From Minisyncoccota bacterium (GTDB taxonomy: Bacteria; Patescibacteriota; Minisyncoccia; Phycocordibacterales; UBA2100), in contig DASSSZ010000002.1 of NCBI GenBank assembly GCA_035708165.1, positions 1 through 41,105 on the forward strand: 41,105 bases of DNA, given 5' to 3'. Positions 36,509 to 41,105 of the stretch are shown here, one piece after another; positions within the stretch are counted from its first letter, which is position 1, and every line of letters begins with the position of its first letter. The notes under the pieces are model-generated. The model ran no database searches and had not been told where the DNA came from. It saw only the letters and a program-made list of their open reading frames with translations. Both the position numbers and the translations under genes were made by a program.

Positions 36509-37863
36509 GCCTTGCCTTGGGCTCCCACGAGGAGCTTCACCGTCTGGAAGATGATATGGATATCGAGCAGGATCGAACGGTGCTTCATGTAGTAGAGGTC
36601 GTACGCGAGCTTCTGCTTCGTCTCGGCGATGTCGGTGCCGTGGTGCGGGTCGCCGCGATGGCGCAGGCGCGCCCAGCCGGTGAGCCCCGGCGCGATCAGG
36701 TGGCGCGCATTGTAGAACGGGATCTTCGCTGCATACTGCGCAGCCAAGGCCGGCAGCTCAGGCCGCGGGCCGACGAAGGAGATGTCGCCGCCCAACAGGC
36801 TGATGAACTGTGGGAACTCATCGAGGTGCGTCTTGCGCAGGATGCGGCCGACCTTCGTGACGACGAGATTGGACTTGCCGCCCTCGTACTTGCCGTCGTC
36901 GTTGCCGGTCATGCTGCGGAACTTGAGGATGCGGATCGTCTTCCCGTACCGGCCGATGCGCTCCTGCGCGATGAACGCACTGCCACCGTCCTCGAGCTTG
37001 ATCGCGAGTGCGATGAAGGGATAGAGCACGGAGAGCACGAGGCAGCCGATGATCCCGAGGATGATGTCGAGCGCGCGCTTCAGCGCGTCGTACGTGGTGG
37101 ACCGGCCGACATTCGAGAGCACCCAGTCGTACCGCAGGTGCGCGAGCGGCACTTTCTCGAAGACGTCCTCGTAGAGCAAGGCGAGGTCAATGAACGCGAA
37201 CTGCGGCGCGCTGAACGCGACGTCGTACACGATCGGCAGGATGGCACTCATCAGGGGCGAGGTCGTGTCAGCCACGATTATCGATGCCTCGCGCTTCTCC
37301 TCGATGATGCGGCACAGCTGCTGGACGACTTCTGCCATCGGCGCGGCATCGGTATCGATCACCTGCGTGAAGATGAACGGGTAGTGCGGATTATCGTTCA
37401 CCTCGGCGACCAGTTCCTCGACAGCGCTCCCGGAGCCGAGCAGGACCGCCGGCTGGCGCGCGTGCGCGAAGTACCACCGGAAGAGGTACACCCGCCAGAG
37501 GAAGATGAGGCCGGAGGAGACGACGAGATAGATGGCGAGCACGGTCTTCGGCGCGATGCCGAAGCCCGGCACGAAGAAGAAGAACAGGGCGGCGAGCGCG
37601 ATATTGATCGTCTGCGCGTAGAGGATCGTCTCCGGAAGCCGCGCGCGCAGGAGCCGCGTGGTGCGATCGTAGAGCCCGGCCAGGAGGAAGACGAACGCCC
37701 AGCCCACGAAGAGGATGGCGAACGGCTCGAGGTGCTCGAGGAAGAGATCGAACGAGGGGAACGCGAGCGCGCGGATCGTGAGCGTCAGCCAGAGCGCCAC
37801 AACGAACGTGACGATATCGCCCGCGAGGAGGACGAAGGGGTCGCGCTTTGGTACTATGGACAT
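36505..37863 (-). CDS. Polyprenyl-phosphate priming sugar transferase (WcaJ/WbaP-like)
   Basis: N-terminal TMs; KRALDIILG, RIGRYGK..KFRSM, LDEFPQ, SFVGPRPE, PGLTGWA, YDLYY. Confidence 0.92.
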   Translation of the reverse strand: MSIVPKRDPFVLLAGDIVTFVVALWLTLTIRALAFPSFDLFLEHLEPFAILFVGWAFVFLLAGLYDRTTRLLRARLPETILYAQTINIALAALFFFFVPGFGIAPKTVLAIYLVVSSGLIFLWRVYLFRWYFAHARQPAVLLGSGSAVEELVAEVNDNPHYPFIFTQVIDTDAAPMAEVVQQLCRIIEEKREASIIVADTTSPLMSAILPIVYDVAFSAPQFAFIDLALLYEDVFEKVPLAHLRYDWVLSNVGRSTTYDALKRALDIILGIIGCLVLSVLYPFIALAIKLEDGGSAFIAQERIGRYGKTIRILKFRSMTGNDDGKYEGGKSNLVVTKVGRILRKTHLDEFPQFISLLGGDISFVGPRPELPALAAQYAAKIPFYNARHLIAPGLTGWARLRHRGDPHHGTDIAETKQKLAYDLYYMKHRSILLDIHIIFQTVKLLVGAQGKA

Positions 37864-37920
37864 GTCAGGCTCATCCTACACCGAAGCCATCCCGGAGCAA
37901 GCAGCCTCCCTGTCCGTCCT

Positions 37921-39087
37921 ATGCCTAGAAAGAGAATCCTGTACGTGATCACGAAATCGAATTTCGGGGGTGCGCAGCGCTACGTGTACGACCTCGCGAC
38001 CTCGCTCCCGAAGGACAGCTTCGAGGTCGCCGTCGCGTTCGGCGGATCCGGCGCGGCCGGCGAGGGTGAGGGCGTCCTCGCCGGGCTCCTCGCGAATGCC
38101 GGCGTCAGGACCATCCACGTGCCCGAGCTCGCGCGCGATATCGATCTCGCAACCGACCTCGCTGCCTACCGCGCGCTGACCGCGCTCTTTCTCGCCGAGG
38201 AGCCCGATGCGGTGCACCTCAACAGCTCGAAGGCAGGCGGCCTGGGGGCGCTCGCCGCGCGGCGCGCCGGCATCCCCCGCATCATCTATACCGCGCATGG
38301 CTGGCCGTTCACTGAGCGCGTCTCGCCTATCGCGAAGGCCGTGCGCTTCCTGCTCTCGTACGCGACCGCGCTCCTCTCTACCGCGATCATCTGCGTCTCG
38401 AAGAGCGATCGGCGCGCCGCGCGGCGCATGCCGTTCATCGGCCGCAAGCTCATCGTGATCCATAACGGCGCCCGGCCGATTGCAGGCACGCTCGACCGAG
38501 AGGCTGCCCGCGCTGCGCTCAGCACGAGCCCCGAGGAGCAGGCGCAGCACGCGCACGACCTCTGGGTCCTCTCGATCGCGGAGCTCGTTCCGAACAAGAA
38601 CCTCTTCCGCGCGGCGCGAGCCGTCGCGCTTGCGAATGAGGGCGGCGCCGTCCCGCGCATCTTCCTCACCATCTTCGGCGAGGGGCAGGAGCGCAAGCGG
38701 CTCGAGGATTTCCTCGATGCGCAGGATCTCGCTGGCACGGTGCGCCTTGCCGGGTTCGTGCCGGAAAGCCGCCGCTACCTCGCAGCTTTCGACGCGCTGC
38801 TCTTGCCGTCGCTCAAGGAGGGGTTCCCCTACGCGATCCTCGAGGCGGCGGCCGCAGGCCTCCCTGTCGCCGCAAGCGCGGCGGGCGGCATCCCTGAGAT
38901 CATCGTGCACGGCCAGACCGGCCTCCTGATCGAGCACCCGGCCGATGCGCAGGATATCGCGCGCGAGCTCAACAGCCTCCGCGATCCGGCATACCGCGAG
39001 CTGCTGGCCAATGGCCTGCATGATCGCGCTGAGCAGGAATTCTCGTTCGAGGCGATGCGCGCCGCGACGATCGCGCTCTACCAGTAG
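37921..39087 (+). CDS. Glycosyltransferase family 4
   Basis: ILYVITKSNFGGAQRY, HLNSSKAG, YTAHGW, KEGFPYAILEAAAAGLPV. Confidence 0.92.
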   Translation: MPRKRILYVITKSNFGGAQRYVYDLATSLPKDSFEVAVAFGGSGAAGEGEGVLAGLLANAGVRTIHVPELARDIDLATDLAAYRALTALFLAEEPDAVHLNSSKAGGLGALAARRAGIPRIIYTAHGWPFTERVSPIAKAVRFLLSYATALLSTAIICVSKSDRRAARRMPFIGRKLIVIHNGARPIAGTLDREAARAALSTSPEEQAQHAHDLWVLSIAELVPNKNLFRAARAVALANEGGAVPRIFLTIFGEGQERKRLEDFLDAQDLAGTVRLAGFVPESRRYLAAFDALLLPSLKEGFPYAILEAAAAGLPVAASAAGGIPEIIVHGQTGLLIEHPADAQDIARELNSLRDPAYRELLANGLHDRAEQEFSFEAMRAATIALYQ

Positions 39088-39098
39088 CCCGGCTCAGG

Positions 39099-40262
39099 CT
39101 AGAGCACCGGCGCAGGAACGAACTCCTCCTTTATGGATTCGGGCCGCGTCACGCGCGCATAGCGCCGCATCCCCATCAGCATCCCGAGCCCGAGGTACTC
39201 CATCACGAGGTGCGAGCCGCCGTAGCTCATGAACGGCACCGTGGTGCCGGTGACCGGCAGCAGGCCGAGGTTGATGCCGACATGCACGATGAAATGGCTC
39301 GTGAAGAGGCAGGCGAGCCCCACGGCGAAGAGCGTCTCGAAATTGCTGCCGCCGCGGTACGCGAGCGCGAGCACGCGCCAGATGATGATGCCGTAGAGCG
39401 CGAACATCAGCAGCACTCCGATCAGGCCCCACTCCTCCGCGAACGCCGCGAAGATGAAGTCGGTCTGGTACTCGGGCAGGAACTTCAGCTTGCTCTGCGT
39501 GCCGTACCCGATCCCCTTGCCCGTGAGGCCGCCTGAGCCGATCGCGATCACGGCCTGGTAGGCGTTGTAGCCGGACCCCTGGATATCGGAGAGCGGATGC
39601 AGGAACGTGAGCACGCGCTGCTTCTGGTAATCATGGAGCCCGTACTGCCACATGCCGAGGGCCGCGACGAGGCCGATCGCGAGCACGATGAAAAGGTGCT
39701 TCTTCGAGATGCCGGAAACGAGCACCATGCCGAGCCAGATGGATGCGAGGATGATGCCGCTCCCGAGGTCCGGCTGCAGCACGATCAAGGCGAACGGTAT
39801 GAAGGCATAGAGCCCGGAGATGAGCACATGCCGGAATTGCGCGATATCGATATGCCGTCTCGCGAAATACTTCGCGAGTACGATGACGAGCACGAGCATG
39901 GTGAAGTCGGCCGGCTGGATCGCGACCGTGCCGAGCCGGAACCAGCTCTGCGCGCCGTTGCTGACGTGCCCGATCACGAGGACGACGAGGAGCGCCGCGA
40001 CGACTGCGCCGTAGAGCGCGACGACGGGCACGGTCTGCCGCAGGAAGCGGTAATCGGCCATGCTCGCCCCGAGAAAGATGACGAGGGAGATCGCGAGCCA
40101 GAGCAGCTGATGATCGAAATAGGCGTTCGCGTCCGAGAAGGAGTACATCGTCACCAGCCCGAATGCGGAGAGGAGGACGGCAGCGCCGAGGAGCGGCCAG
40201 TCGATGACTCTCCAAAAAGCGACGCGGGTGGCGCCGCGCCGTGCGCGCAGCAGGGACAGCAT
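39099..40262 (-). CDS. rodA: SEDS-family peptidoglycan glycosyltransferase RodA/FtsW
   Basis: GAQSWF..IQPADF, QPDLG, YQKQRV, SGYNAYQA..IGSGG, LPEYQTDFIFAAFAEEWG, PVTGTTVPFMSYGGS. Confidence 0.9.
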   Translation of the reverse strand: MLSLLRARRGATRVAFWRVIDWPLLGAAVLLSAFGLVTMYSFSDANAYFDHQLLWLAISLVIFLGASMADYRFLRQTVPVVALYGAVVAALLVVLVIGHVSNGAQSWFRLGTVAIQPADFTMLVLVIVLAKYFARRHIDIAQFRHVLISGLYAFIPFALIVLQPDLGSGIILASIWLGMVLVSGISKKHLFIVLAIGLVAALGMWQYGLHDYQKQRVLTFLHPLSDIQGSGYNAYQAVIAIGSGGLTGKGIGYGTQSKLKFLPEYQTDFIFAAFAEEWGLIGVLLMFALYGIIIWRVLALAYRGGSNFETLFAVGLACLFTSHFIVHVGINLGLLPVTGTTVPFMSYGGSHLVMEYLGLGMLMGMRRYARVTRPESIKEEFVPAPVL

Positions 40263-40264
40263 AC

Positions 40265-41038
40265 CTAGCGGGCGGCCATGACCGCCGGCGCGATCACGGG
40301 CAGGACGTCGATGCGCGCCGGCGCGACCGGGAACGGATCAGGCCATGTGAAGACGAGGCGCTTCGTGGCGCCCCCGGCGAGCTGGCCGACGTAGGTCTTC
40401 GAGGTCGCGATGGCGTTGCCGGCCGGATCGAATGCCGTCGCCACGTACGTGATCGCGTCGCGGTCGGTCACGTCGGTATTCGTGACGTCGGTGGTGATCG
40501 TCGGGGCGGCGTTCGTGTTCGCCGCGCGCGTGTTCGCGACGATGAGCTGCGCGCCCGGGTTCGTCGCCGCGACCCAGGAGAGCGGCGCGGTAAACTTGAA
40601 GAAGGTATGCGCGATATCCCGGCTGCCGGTGCTGATACCGCCCACGTAGACAGGCGTCGTCGCCCCCGCCATGATAGTCGTCGTGCCCGAGCGCTCGCCG
40701 ACAAGGACGTTGTTCGCGTCGTAGAAGCTGAACGTGTACGGCACCGCGAGGACTGCTGCGCCGTGATTAGGATTGAGGAGGTACGCGATGGCGCCATACT
40801 CGCCCTGGCGCACCTCGAACGCGCGCGCCCATTCGACGGAGACCGACTGGAGCGTCGCGGGATCGAGCGCGACGCACGGGCCGCCGAGGTCCGGGGCCGT
40901 CTCGCCTTCGTTCTGGATGCCGTCAGAGCAGGTGGGGGCGTGGTAGAGCGCCCGGGCGACCGGGACCGCTGCTGCGACGACGATGACGAACAGGACGCCG
41001 AGGAAGTAGAGCAGGCGGCGACGTGAAGCCCAAGACAT
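40265..41038 (-). CDS. Conserved hypothetical exported protein (N-terminal TM, CSDGIQNEGE..GGPC motif, beta-rich domain)
   Basis: MSWASRRRLLYFLGVLFVIVV signal-anchor; TATACT lies 8 nt before the ATG at 41038. Confidence 0.75.
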   Translation of the reverse strand: MSWASRRRLLYFLGVLFVIVVAAAVPVARALYHAPTCSDGIQNEGETAPDLGGPCVALDPATLQSVSVEWARAFEVRQGEYGAIAYLLNPNHGAAVLAVPYTFSFYDANNVLVGERSGTTTIMAGATTPVYVGGISTGSRDIAHTFFKFTAPLSWVAATNPGAQLIVANTRAANTNAAPTITTDVTNTDVTDRDAITYVATAFDPAGNAIATSKTYVGQLAGGATKRLVFTWPDPFPVAPARIDVLPVIAPAVMAAR

Positions 41039-41105
41039 ATGGAGGCAGTATAGCGCAGCAGGCTCCGAGCCAAAAGCGAAGCCCCGCGTGAGGAGGAACC
41101 GCAAG

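Noticed and set aside
36517-37920. 5' part of the 856-aa plus-strand ORF
   Set aside because: Antisense to the sugar transferase; only 37921-39087 has GT4 motifs

Overview
High-GC chromosomal segment of a Candidate Phyla Radiation bacterium (Parcubacteria/OD1-like, inferred from 16S signatures and gene content; standard genetic code). Left to right it contains: (1) the 5' part of a large surface protein with two N-terminal HTH domains and tail-fibre-like repeats, which the ORF track missed because it runs off the window; (2) secA and a tiny histone-H1-like gene; (3) a PaaX/Cas2-like gene bracketed by two near-identical 38-40 bp palindromes, with a ~160-nt-period hairpin repeat array upstream; (4) a ~13.5 kb surface-glycan cluster (O-antigen-ligase/TPR protein, flippase, acyltransferase, 2 methyltransferases, 5 GT4s, short UDP-sugar dehydrogenase, 2 epimerases); (5) a lamin-tail/PKD surface protein coupled to a VirB4/TrwB-like ATPase; (6) rsmI, a YfiH/PgeF-like gene, a Mur ligase, tRNA-Leu, murA, a tandem cold-shock protein and tRNA-Ile with a duplicated 5' half; (7) a stand-alone 16S rRNA lacking the anti-Shine-Dalgarno; (8) secF, secD, folD, a priming sugar transferase, a GT4, rodA and a conserved hypothetical. 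The most interesting signals are the palindrome-bracketed Cas2-like cassette with its repeat array, and a window-wide leaderless-promoter pattern (16 genes with TAnnnT 6-9 nt before ATG) that coincides with anti-SD loss. All family assignments come from motif recognition by eye; no searches were run.
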